This document shows positions 1 to 6,805 of a DNA stretch of 26,326 nt, in pieces (within the stretch, counting starts at the first letter, position 1; the number at the start of each line of letters is the position of its first letter). Under the pieces are notes generated by a model. That model searched no databases. It saw nothing but the letters and a program-made list of their open reading frames with translations, and was not told the origin of the DNA. The position numbers and the translations under genes were made by a program. This DNA is from a virus (Duplodnaviria; Caudoviricetes), in IMG/VR virus record IMGVR_UViG_3300037751_000123, positions 1-26,326 of that record. One strand, given 5' to 3'.

Positions 1-915
1 TTCCTTGCCGCGACGACTACGACCGGCGGCGGGTTTCTCCTCCTCAGGCTCTGCTCGCCTCCGGCTGCCACGCGCAGGCTTTTCCTCTTCCGGTTCCGGT
101 TCCGGCTCTGGCTCTGGCTCTGGCTCCCGACGACGGCCACGGGCGGGGGCTTCTTCCTTCTCGACGTGCCCCCGCTTACCGACAGGCTTTTCCTCGGCCT
201 CCGGCTCCAAGTCCATGAACAACGCCTCCAGCTTCTTGTAGTCCATGATGTTCAAGGCAAGGTCGAGGTCCAGGGCGTCAGCAACTACGTCGTCGCCGTA
301 GGCATCCCGTTCCTCGAAATCAACGCGAGTGCATTCCAGGAACGTGGTCTTCCCCATCTTCTTCTCGCCAAACCGTGCCTTGATGGTGAAGCCACCGTCG
401 AGATCAAATACCGACTGGAAGCGATCCTCGGCCTCGATCTCTTCATAGAGGATGTTGGCGAAGAGGTGTGGACTCATGTCAAACACCTGGACACCTGCGT
501 CCTCGTCGTTAAGGTCGATGATGTTGAAGGTAATGCGGTCCTTAGCCCGGAGTTCGTCGAGCTCCTCCTTGTCGGCGTTGGGGTCCTTGAACAACTCCGC
601 CCGCCGCTCACAGATCGGGCACTTTTTACCAACGCTGGCCGGGCAAGCAACGGTCTTGTTGTCGGCACCGACTCCGAAATGGATCTTGTAGACGAGCTGC
701 TGAAACAACTCGCCGGGCAGGATGCCCTTGGGGTGACGTTCAATGCTGACCTCGTAGGGAATGATGTCGATCAGGTTGACGCCTTTCTTCGGCTTCCAGA
801 ACTTGAGTTCGCCGACATCCAAGGCACCTCCGCGCCCCTTCTGTTCCAGCTGTTCCTTACCGGCGCCAACGGCACCGCGCAAGCTGCTGTACTTGCTTTT
901 ATCCTTTTTTGCCAT
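1..915 (-). CDS. T4 gp32-like single-stranded DNA-binding protein (runs off the left edge)
   Basis: Not in the ORF track; translated by hand from ATG at 915 with GAGGAG upstream: MAKKDKSKY...KFWKPKKGVNLIDIIPY...KIHFGVG...ACPASVGKKCPICE (His/Cys zinc motif as in gp32), then a charged low-complexity tail (EPEPEPEPEPEEEKPARG). Frame open to position 1. Confidence 0.8.
   Translation of the reverse strand, partial: MAKKDKSKYSSLRGAVGAGKEQLEQKGRGGALDVGELKFWKPKKGVNLIDIIPYEVSIERHPKGILPGELFQQLVYKIHFGVGADNKTVACPASVGKKCPICERRAELFKDPNADKEELDELRAKDRITFNIIDLNDEDAGVQVFDMSPHLFANILYEEIEAEDRFQSVFDLDGGFTIKARFGEKKMGKTTFLECTRVDFEERDAYGDDVVADALDLDLALNIMDYKKLEALFMDLEPEAEEKPVGKRGHVEKEEAPARGRRREPEPEPEPEPEPEEEKPARGSRRRAEPEEEKPAAGRSRRGKE
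88..127. repeat. Imperfect 6-bp tandem repeat encoding (EP)n in the SSB tail
   Basis: ttccggttccggttccggctctggctctggctctggctcc, read as GAG CCA / GAA CCG on the minus strand. Confidence 0.8.
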
Positions 916-1075
916 GAATAATTCTCCTCATATAATCGAGTTTGGTGGAGAAGACAGCGGAAGCCGCTGCCTTGAAAATCAGATACACGGAGCCAACTGC
1001 CATCAACACCCAGAACCAATATACGCCGACGGCCACGAGGAAGTCAGGCCATGCAATAGATAAGTTTATTTCCAT
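899..1075 (-). CDS. Small membrane protein (58 aa)
   Basis: Hand translation MEINLSIAWPDFLVAVGVYWFWVLMAVGSVYLIFKAAASAVFSTKLDYMRRIIHGKKG; its start overlaps the upstream stop (TGATG); one hydrophobic segment. Confidence 0.6.
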   Translation of the reverse strand: MEINLSIAWPDFLVAVGVYWFWVLMAVGSVYLIFKAAASAVFSTKLDYMRRIIHGKKG

Positions 1076-1614
1076 CAAGTCCTCCTGGTACGACGTGGAG
1101 TTGCTGCGGTTGTAGCGGCTTCAATCCGCTGTTTCTTCCGATCCCGCCACTCAGTGGAGAGGTTACGGGGCACCGAGGGAGCCGCGAAGTATTCCTGCTG
1201 GAGGAGCTGGGTAAGCACCTCAATCATCTTCTTGCGCTGAAAGGCGATGTGGTCGGCGGCAGATTTAGCGAGGTCACGGTTGTATTCCGACTCGATCATG
1301 TCCTGCTTCGCCTGCTGGTATTCGGAGTCGCCACGGTAGTAGGCCTCGATGGTGGAAGCCGTTGCTTTGATACCCTTACCCAGCAGCTTCTCTGGGTCTT
1401 CCGTAACATCCCGCACCAGTTGGGAGCGTAGCGTCTTCACCCGCTCATGGGCCTTCTTTGCGACGCGATCATACTGAGCGGCGGCGCGGCTGTACTGCAT
1501 CGCCAGGTTGGTTTGCTCCAGGGCAGCGATGTCAAGCTGGTCGGGGTCGATGTGCATGTCGTCTTCAAAATTCAGGCCAAATTCATTTTCATCAATTGTC
1601 ATTAGCTTCTCCAT
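1075..1614 (-). CDS. UvsY-like recombination mediator protein
   Basis: Helical protein with DMHIDPDQLDIAALEQ...Y and ATASTIEAYYRGDSEYQ patterns resembling T4 UvsY-like proteins; lies next to the gp32-like SSB. Confidence 0.6.
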   Translation of the reverse strand: MEKLMTIDENEFGLNFEDDMHIDPDQLDIAALEQTNLAMQYSRAAAQYDRVAKKAHERVKTLRSQLVRDVTEDPEKLLGKGIKATASTIEAYYRGDSEYQQAKQDMIESEYNRDLAKSAADHIAFQRKKMIEVLTQLLQQEYFAAPSVPRNLSTEWRDRKKQRIEAATTAATPRRTRRT

Positions 1615-1633
1615 TGGTTTGGTTTCAAAATAA

Positions 1634-1803
1634 TTGCTGGTGTGACAGGATTCGAACCTGCAATCACTTGAGTTTAGCCAGTTTCAGAGCCGCAAGTGCT
1701 ATCTCACACCTTACGCTGATTCCCGCTGCGTCTACCAATGACAACTTCCTGAGACATATTGTTACTCAGGGGAATAGTTGCCAATTCCGCCACACACCAG
1801 CAA
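1634..1803 (-). ncRNA. tRNA-like RNA with a D-loop insertion and an expanded anticodon/variable region
   Basis: Minus strand: acceptor-like stem TGGTGTG/CACACCA (extendable to 11 bp), Leu-type D arm TGGCGGAATTGG...TAGACGC split by 46 nt, canonical T arm GCAGG-TTCGAAT-CCTGT. No canonical anticodon arm and no encoded CCA at the expected position. Confidence 0.65.
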
Positions 1804-1900
1804 ACTGTTTATCGTCAGAGGTGCCGGGCTTTCCCCGGCTGTTTCATAAGGCACCTCCACCAGATAGTGAACTGAAATATAAAATCACTCTACATACTAT

Positions 1901-1931
1901 ATTATACCGGAAACCCCCGGTTTCGTTTTGG
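1901..1931 (-). promoter_or_regulatory. Phage-specific promoter motif, copy 1
   Basis: CCAAAACGAAACC-GGGGGTTT-CCGGTATAAT; intergenic, upstream of the tRNA-like RNA, uvsY-like and ssb genes; same architecture at 12890 and 16711. Confidence 0.75.
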
Positions 1932-1952
1932 TCAGACTTTATTTATTTTATA

Positions 1953-3800
1953 TCAGAGCTTCACGGCCTCGTAACAAGCGAACGTCAGCCCAGGCTTTCC
2001 GGTGTTGTAAAATGGCTCCCGGAAAGCCTCCATCACCAGGAACACGCGGGGATTGTCCTCTTTCAGCAACACGGAATTCATGTAGCCAAGCACCGCGTAT
2101 CGCACGGACTCCGCCTCCTGGGCCGGTTGGATGGAGCGAAGCAAAGCCGACACCTTCACCCACTTCTCGCCCTTGATCAACGCCCGGCAGAGGTCAATGA
2201 CTTGGGCTTCCTCCCCTGCGGCTTGTTCACACGCCGCCAGCAGCTTCTGTGCGGGGAGATCAATCACCTTGTCGAGGATCACCAGCGCCGCCCGAACGTG
2301 ACCGAGGGAGTTCTGGTGGATGAGTTGGTATGCCTCCTCCGGGAAATCCGCGACACCCTCCTCAGTTACGATCCGCTTGAGAAGCCGCGTCATCTGCTTC
2401 TCGGAGAGCGGTGCCACGTTGAACTGCATGCAGCGGCTTTTAATGGTTTTCAGCAGCTTCTCGGGGTCCGTGGTGCAGAGGATGAAATAGACGTGGGGCG
2501 GCGTATCCTCCAGGATTTTGAGGAGGGCGTTCTGAGCCGGTCCCAAGTAGCTATGGGCTTCGTCAAGTAACCACACCCGTACCGGCCCACCGATGGGGCG
2601 AAGCCGCGCCTGAATCCTGATCTCCCGGATGGCGTCGATGCCCCGCTCCCCACCGGCATCAATCTCCCGGAAGTCAATGTCTGCACATCCCAGGTGGTTT
2701 GCTACGATTCGTCCCAGCGTTGTTTTGCCGCAATTATGATGGAACACCCCGCCCATCCAATAATTGTTATAAATGGGCACGTGAAAATCATAATATTTTT
2801 CCTTGGCAATTTCAGTAATTTGTTTTATATAGGTATATGTGGTTATGGGTTCGCCGCAACCGGAGTCATTATTTAAAACAGGAGGAAGAGATGCCGAAAG
2901 GAATTTATGAAAGGAAGAAACGCAATCCGAAGCTGACCCCTGAAAATGATTTAGAGATAAGGGCAGATTACAATGGGGGCATGGGGATGAAACCCCTTTC
3001 GAAGAAATTTTCTGCTGGTTTAAACCAGATTCGCAAGTCACTGGAGAGAACTGTTCCTGGGGAGAACCGGGAACATCGAAAGGGCCTGCCGAGGGAGAAG
3101 AACCCAGCGTGGAAAGGGGGCCGGATAATTGATTTCGATGGGTATGTTCTTCTCCTGTTCCCTGAACACCCGGATTCAAATTCACAAGGTTACATCCGGG
3201 AACACCGTCTTGTAATGGAGAAGCTGATTGGCCGTCGGTTGCTCCGGCGAGAAGTTGTCCACCACAAGAATGGCAATAAGCAGGATAATTCTCCTGAGAA
3301 CTTGTTGTTATTTTCAAGCAATGGGGTGCATCTTGGGGTTGATCTTCTTGGCAAAAAACCGAATTGGACCGAAGACGGACTTCTTCGTATCCGTTCTCGA
3401 TCAATTCCTTTAATGAGAGGTATTGTCCAGTGTCCAAAAGGAACCGGTGCCCGTACGTCACGAAGAAAACGGATTCTGGAGTTTCTACACGAAACATCCG
3501 ATCTTCAGAATACTGGACTGGAGGCAGGGCTTGAGCTACCACCGGGATACCAGCGGAATTCAAAGAAATAACATGGAACGGCTTTGCAGATAAAAATCTA
3601 TCTTCAATGGAGATACTGCTGCGATCTGTTGGATCATAGAGCACGGTATCTCCATGAAGACAACCACTGCTGCCGGTGAACAGCATAGCATGGGGGATAT
3701 CAGTCTTTCTCGCCAGCACGGTTTTGAGGGCGTCTACGGTGCTGCGGTTTCCCTCGACCTCGTTCAGGGTCTTGGGGCGGTAATCAAGATGCAGAGACAT
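1953..3800 (-). CDS. dnaX: DNA polymerase III gamma/tau-like clamp loader subunit containing an intein
   Basis: ATG at 3800 with AGGAG RBS. N-terminal YRPKTLNEVEG, Walker A GSSG|CGKTT (interrupted), EIDAGGERGIDAIR, Walker B LLDEAH, AQNALLKILED, and TIKSRC (SRC motif). About 305 aa after splicing. Confidence 0.92.
   Translation of the reverse strand: MSLHLDYRPKTLNEVEGNRSTVDALKTVLARKTDIPHAMLFTGSSGCLHGDTVLYDPTDRSSISIEDRFLSAKPFHVISLNSAGIPVVAQALPPVQYSEDRMFRVETPESVFFVTYGHRFLLDTGQYLSLKELIENGYEEVRLRSNSVFCQEDQPQDAPHCLKITTSSQENYPAYCHSCGGQLLAGATDGQSASPLQDGVPGCNLVNLNPGVQGTGEEHTHRNQLSGPLSTLGSSPSAGPFDVPGSPQEQFSPVTCESGLNQQKISSKGVSSPCPHCNLPLSLNHFQGSASDCVSSFHKFLSASLPPVLNNDSGCGEPITTYTYIKQITEIAKEKYYDFHVPIYNNYWMGGVFHHNCGKTTLGRIVANHLGCADIDFREIDAGGERGIDAIREIRIQARLRPIGGPVRVWLLDEAHSYLGPAQNALLKILEDTPPHVYFILCTTDPEKLLKTIKSRCMQFNVAPLSEKQMTRLLKRIVTEEGVADFPEEAYQLIHQNSLGHVRAALVILDKVIDLPAQKLLAACEQAAGEEAQVIDLCRALIKGEKWVKVSALLRSIQPAQEAESVRYAVLGYMNSVLLKEDNPRVFLVMEAFREPFYNTGKPGLTFACYEAVKL
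2733..3662 (-). mobile_element. Intein (310 aa) in the DnaX Walker A motif
   Basis: Begins CLHGDT (block A), has FFVTYGHRFL (block B TxxH), ends YYDFHVPIYNNYWMGGVFHHN followed by +1 Cys. Removing it restores GSSGCGKTT. Visibly more AT-rich than the exteins. Confidence 0.93.
2891..3571 (+). CDS. HNH homing endonuclease encoded antisense within the intein
   Basis: GGAGG at 2881-2885 then ATG at 2891. N-terminal HTH-like segment (LEIRADYNGGMGMKPLSKKF), NPAWKGGR motif, and HNH core GYIREHRLVMEKLIGRRLLRREVVHHKNGNKQDNSPENL. Confidence 0.88.
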   Translation: MPKGIYERKKRNPKLTPENDLEIRADYNGGMGMKPLSKKFSAGLNQIRKSLERTVPGENREHRKGLPREKNPAWKGGRIIDFDGYVLLLFPEHPDSNSQGYIREHRLVMEKLIGRRLLRREVVHHKNGNKQDNSPENLLLFSSNGVHLGVDLLGKKPNWTEDGLLRIRSRSIPLMRGIVQCPKGTGARTSRRKRILEFLHETSDLQNTGLEAGLELPPGYQRNSKK

Positions 3801-3924
3801 CGATGTTCTCCTTTCGTTTGGTTTCTTGTACGGCATAGCATTCCTCGCAAAGATAAATCCCGTCTATCAACACGACGGCACTCCTCTCTGGGTGGTATTC
3901 GCACCGCCTATTTGTTTTCAGCAT
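3784..3924 (-). CDS. Small zinc-finger-like protein (46 aa)
   Basis: MLKTNRRCEYHPERSAVVLIDGIYLCEECYAVQETKRKENIDVSAS: CxxH...CxxC pattern; fills the gap between the polymerase and dnaX genes with overlaps at both ends. Confidence 0.5.
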   Translation of the reverse strand: MLKTNRRCEYHPERSAVVLIDGIYLCEECYAVQETKRKENIDVSAS

Positions 3925-5383
3925 AATCCTTGTCCCCACATACCGGACACGCCCAACCAAGCGCGGCCCCTGTCTCTTTGTCCTTGAGTTGCTGACGCCA
4001 TACCGCGCCACATCCAGGACAGGCTTTCCCACGCTTAACCTCTTTCTTGAGGAACCAGGAGCCGTTCAGCGGAGACGCTTCAATCTCCACCTCCAGCGGC
4101 ACGATGATCCATTCCCACTGCGACGGCACCCAGGAACACATCACCCGCCGCACCGTCGCCATGACGTGGTTGTATTCGTCCTTGTGGACTTCCAGCACCA
4201 TGGAATCGTGGATCTGGCCAATCAACCCGCTTCGCCACCCCTCTGCCTTGGAGATCCGTGTGACTTCGATGATAGCTTTCAGGAGGCAGTGGAACGACGC
4301 GCCTTGGATGGGGTAGTTGATGACCTGATTTCTCCGCATCAACCCCTGGAAGCGGAAGCCAGTCAAGCAATCCGCATATCCGTTTTTCACATAAGCTTTG
4401 TAGTGCTTCTCCTTCCACTCCCCGTAGACCCCGAAACGATTGCTCCAGAAGTCGTTTTCAACCTCTTTGATATGGGACTCGAATTGGGAGTAATTTTTGA
4501 TGCCAGCGGACGCCAGGTGCTTCTTGAGGGGAACCCCTGCCCTAGTGGTGAGGTTCATCTGGTCGATGGCATCCCAGAGGTCTTTCGCCACCTGGCCGTA
4601 ATAGCTGCCGTAAAACTCCGGGAACACATACTTGTTCTTGGCGCAATACCGGGTGTTCTTGTTCCACTGCTCCATATCCAGCGCATAGCACTGCATCGCC
4701 ATGTCGCGGTGCATGTCCTTGGACTTGTCCAGGATATAGGTGAGCATGGTGGGGTCTTTGTGATAACACGCAGCCCCCCTTACCTCGATGCCGCTGAAAT
4801 CTGCCTCCGCAATCAAGAAATCCGGGCGGGGAACAAACGCCCGCCGCACCGTCTTCTGGAAGAATGGGTCACGGGTGGGCTGGTTCTGAAAATTTGGGTT
4901 CTGAGAGCTGCTCCGATAGGTCTGCACGGTGTTGAGGTTGAAGGAGGGACGCAGCACGCCGCCTACTTGCTCCCGTAACAGGTTGTCGATGTAGGTGTTC
5001 TTGATCTTCTGAAGGCCGCGCAACTCTAGCAACCCCTGTGCCATGGGGCTGTCGATGCCACCTAACGCCAGCTTGTCGGTACTATCCTCACCGCTGCCCG
5101 TCTGGCTGGTGGAGACATATCCGAGGCGGGTGAAGAGCATGTCGGCGAGTTGAGTGTCTGATCCCAGGTTGAATTTCCCTCGGTAGATGCTGCGCCACTG
5201 CTTGACCTCGGCGTCATCCATCAGCTTCTCAGTGAGCCGGATGATCTTGCGTTCCAGGTGCTGGCTCTGGTTGCGGCAGTACTCGACGTCAACCAGCATG
5301 CCCCGCTGCTCGGCGGCGGCTAACGCCAGGGTGCCGTCATGGAGGAGCTGATAGGCTTCCCGTGAGATTGGAGAGGGGATCAT
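3908..5383 (-). CDS. polA: Family A DNA polymerase, polymerase domain, with C-terminal zinc ribbon
   Basis: TYRSSSQNPNFQNQP, motif A EADFSGIEVR, motif B RYCAKNKYVFPEFYG, NYPIQG, motif C QIHDSM, C-terminal CPGC...CPVC. Likely start is ATG 5383, 1 nt after the upstream stop. Confidence 0.92.
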   Translation of the reverse strand: MIPSPISREAYQLLHDGTLALAAAEQRGMLVDVEYCRNQSQHLERKIIRLTEKLMDDAEVKQWRSIYRGKFNLGSDTQLADMLFTRLGYVSTSQTGSGEDSTDKLALGGIDSPMAQGLLELRGLQKIKNTYIDNLLREQVGGVLRPSFNLNTVQTYRSSSQNPNFQNQPTRDPFFQKTVRRAFVPRPDFLIAEADFSGIEVRGAACYHKDPTMLTYILDKSKDMHRDMAMQCYALDMEQWNKNTRYCAKNKYVFPEFYGSYYGQVAKDLWDAIDQMNLTTRAGVPLKKHLASAGIKNYSQFESHIKEVENDFWSNRFGVYGEWKEKHYKAYVKNGYADCLTGFRFQGLMRRNQVINYPIQGASFHCLLKAIIEVTRISKAEGWRSGLIGQIHDSMVLEVHKDEYNHVMATVRRVMCSWVPSQWEWIIVPLEVEIEASPLNGSWFLKKEVKRGKACPGCGAVWRQQLKDKETGAALGWACPVCGDKDYAENK

Positions 5384-5384
5384 A

Positions 5385-5585
5385 TCACCCCTTCTCCGTG
5401 ACCCGCTCCCACACCCGCTCCAGCACTTCAATCTGCTTGGGAGATATGGACGCAGTGTTTGCAAGTTGAACGCCGACGGAATCAATGAAAACGATTTCCC
5501 ACTCCGTGAGCTGGCTGCACCGCTGCTCACAATCATGGATCATCGTCAGGTATTCGTCCGTCCAGTGTGGTTTCTTCTCTGTCAC
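5385..5585 (-). CDS. Small hypothetical phage protein (66 aa) between the two polymerase halves
   Basis: LTEWEIVFIDS...ISPKQIEVL pattern seen in small phage proteins; GTGA overlap with the upstream gene. Confidence 0.65.
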   Translation of the reverse strand: MTEKKPHWTDEYLTMIHDCEQRCSQLTEWEIVFIDSVGVQLANTASISPKQIEVLERVWERVTEKG

Positions 5586-6805
5586 TTCGTCGCCTCCATT
5601 TGCATCATCGCAATTTGATGTTCGTATATTGAATCCAAGCCCCCATACAACAACAAGTCATACGGCTCTATTTCGTCGATGTGGTTGAAAGAGTTGCCGC
5701 CGTTGTCATCGGATTGCAGCAGGTGGGAGACGTGCTCATTCCAGGGCAGCACGCCGAGGTGCAGATACGCCAGTACCTTAACTGAGGTGATGTCGGGGCG
5801 GTTGTCCATGACATGCCCGGCCAGCATCGTATCCCACGCCCACCCCTGCGGCTTGATGTCCAGCACCGCCGTAGAGGCGTTGTCTTCATATTTGATGTTT
5901 GAGGCGATCTTACCAATGGCTTCATCAATCAGTATCTTACGGAATGCCGCCAGCCCCTCCGCGTTAACATCCTTCCACATCCACGCCCCAGCCTCAACCC
6001 CGTTGAACGACATCGAGCAGGAGACAATGCGGTGGCCCTCGGCGTGTAGCTTGATGCCGGTGGTCTCATAGTCAAACGCCAGGTATCGGGGACGCAATGC
6101 CAGGATTCTCCCCAGGTATTCCGTGACCCGGCGTGGGGTATCAAGGATCTCGACGCCCTTCCGTTCATCCTCCCACGTCGGTAGCACGTCGCCCAACCGG
6201 CACAAGGCCCTGGAGACGTCGTCCCGCCATATCTTCAGCAGCACCGGCTCCTTGCTCATCTTGTGAATATAGGAAGGATGGAAGGTAGGGCAAACCCAAG
6301 CCCCTAGCTCCCGGTCGGGGATATTCCAGCCGCGCCACTTGTGGATGCCGCCAAGGTTCTTCTTCCAGCGGCCCAGCATCAGTGACTTCACGGCGGCGCC
6401 ACCGAGGAGGATAATCAGGTGGGGCTTCCGCGCCTCGATCTCTTTCCAGACCATGGGGTGACACCAACCTATTTGGGCATCGGTGGGCATCTCCTGGTCT
6501 TTTGGCAACCTGCAATTCACGGCGTTCATCTTCCAACAATCCACGTCGAGATCGATGCCGTGCCGTCGAAGCTCTCCCCGGAGCAAGGCACTGGCTTCCC
6601 CGACCCCGACTTCGCCCTGGGCGTCCTCCTTGTGGCTGGGGCATTCCGCCAAGATAAAGATGCGTTTGGCGCCGCCCCCGGTGACACCCATGCGAGGCGT
6701 CCGACACTGCTTGTGGAGACCGCAGGCGCCGCATCCGGTGATGGTGGTGGTGCGACTGGCTACTTGGGCGGCAGCCGCTGTGAGTTTGAAGAAACCTTGG
6801 CTCAT
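5582..6805 (-). CDS. Uracil-DNA glycosylase-like (family 4) domain fused to a 3'-5' proofreading exonuclease (N-terminal half of an SPO1-type polymerase)
   Basis: CGACGL, ILAECP, NAVNCR, IGWC and TFHPSY (UDG-4 Fe-S cysteines and HPS motif), then Exo I AFDYETTG, Exo II NIKYED, WDTMLAGH and Exo III YGGLD. ATGA overlap at 6802-6805. Confidence 0.88.
   Translation of the reverse strand: MSQGFFKLTAAAAQVASRTTTITGCGACGLHKQCRTPRMGVTGGGAKRIFILAECPSHKEDAQGEVGVGEASALLRGELRRHGIDLDVDCWKMNAVNCRLPKDQEMPTDAQIGWCHPMVWKEIEARKPHLIILLGGAAVKSLMLGRWKKNLGGIHKWRGWNIPDRELGAWVCPTFHPSYIHKMSKEPVLLKIWRDDVSRALCRLGDVLPTWEDERKGVEILDTPRRVTEYLGRILALRPRYLAFDYETTGIKLHAEGHRIVSCSMSFNGVEAGAWMWKDVNAEGLAAFRKILIDEAIGKIASNIKYEDNASTAVLDIKPQGWAWDTMLAGHVMDNRPDITSVKVLAYLHLGVLPWNEHVSHLLQSDDNGGNSFNHIDEIEPYDLLLYGGLDSIYEHQIAMMQMEATK

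Noticed and set aside
166-921. 251-aa + strand ORF
   Set aside because: Codon-aligned antisense shadow of the gp32-like SSB gene; no recognisable motifs.
1676-1725. Assigning an anticodon (GAA in CTGAAAC, or TCA) to the tRNA-like RNA
   Set aside because: Neither triplet sits in a proper 5-bp stem with a 7-nt loop, so no amino-acid identity or suppressor function is claimed.
1810-1866. Hammerhead-like words (CTGACGA, GAAAC) and loose SAM-I riboswitch-like words
   Set aside because: The required stems and cleavage triplet, or the SAM-I core, cannot be built in the right order.
1458-2570. 370-aa + strand ORF
   Set aside because: Spans the uvsY-like gene, the RNA region and dnaX in antisense with no motifs or RBS; treated as a shadow ORF.
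3989-4978. 329-aa + strand ORF opposite the polymerase (likewise 7633-8358, 13349-14122, 20899-21819, 21804-22436)
   Set aside because: Antisense shadows of GC-rich genes; unlike the HNH in the intein they show no family motifs or convincing RBS.
5385-5585. Self-splicing intron or split intein joining the two polymerase halves
   Set aside because: No group I/II features or intein terminal motifs were seen; the gap is filled by a translationally coupled ORF.
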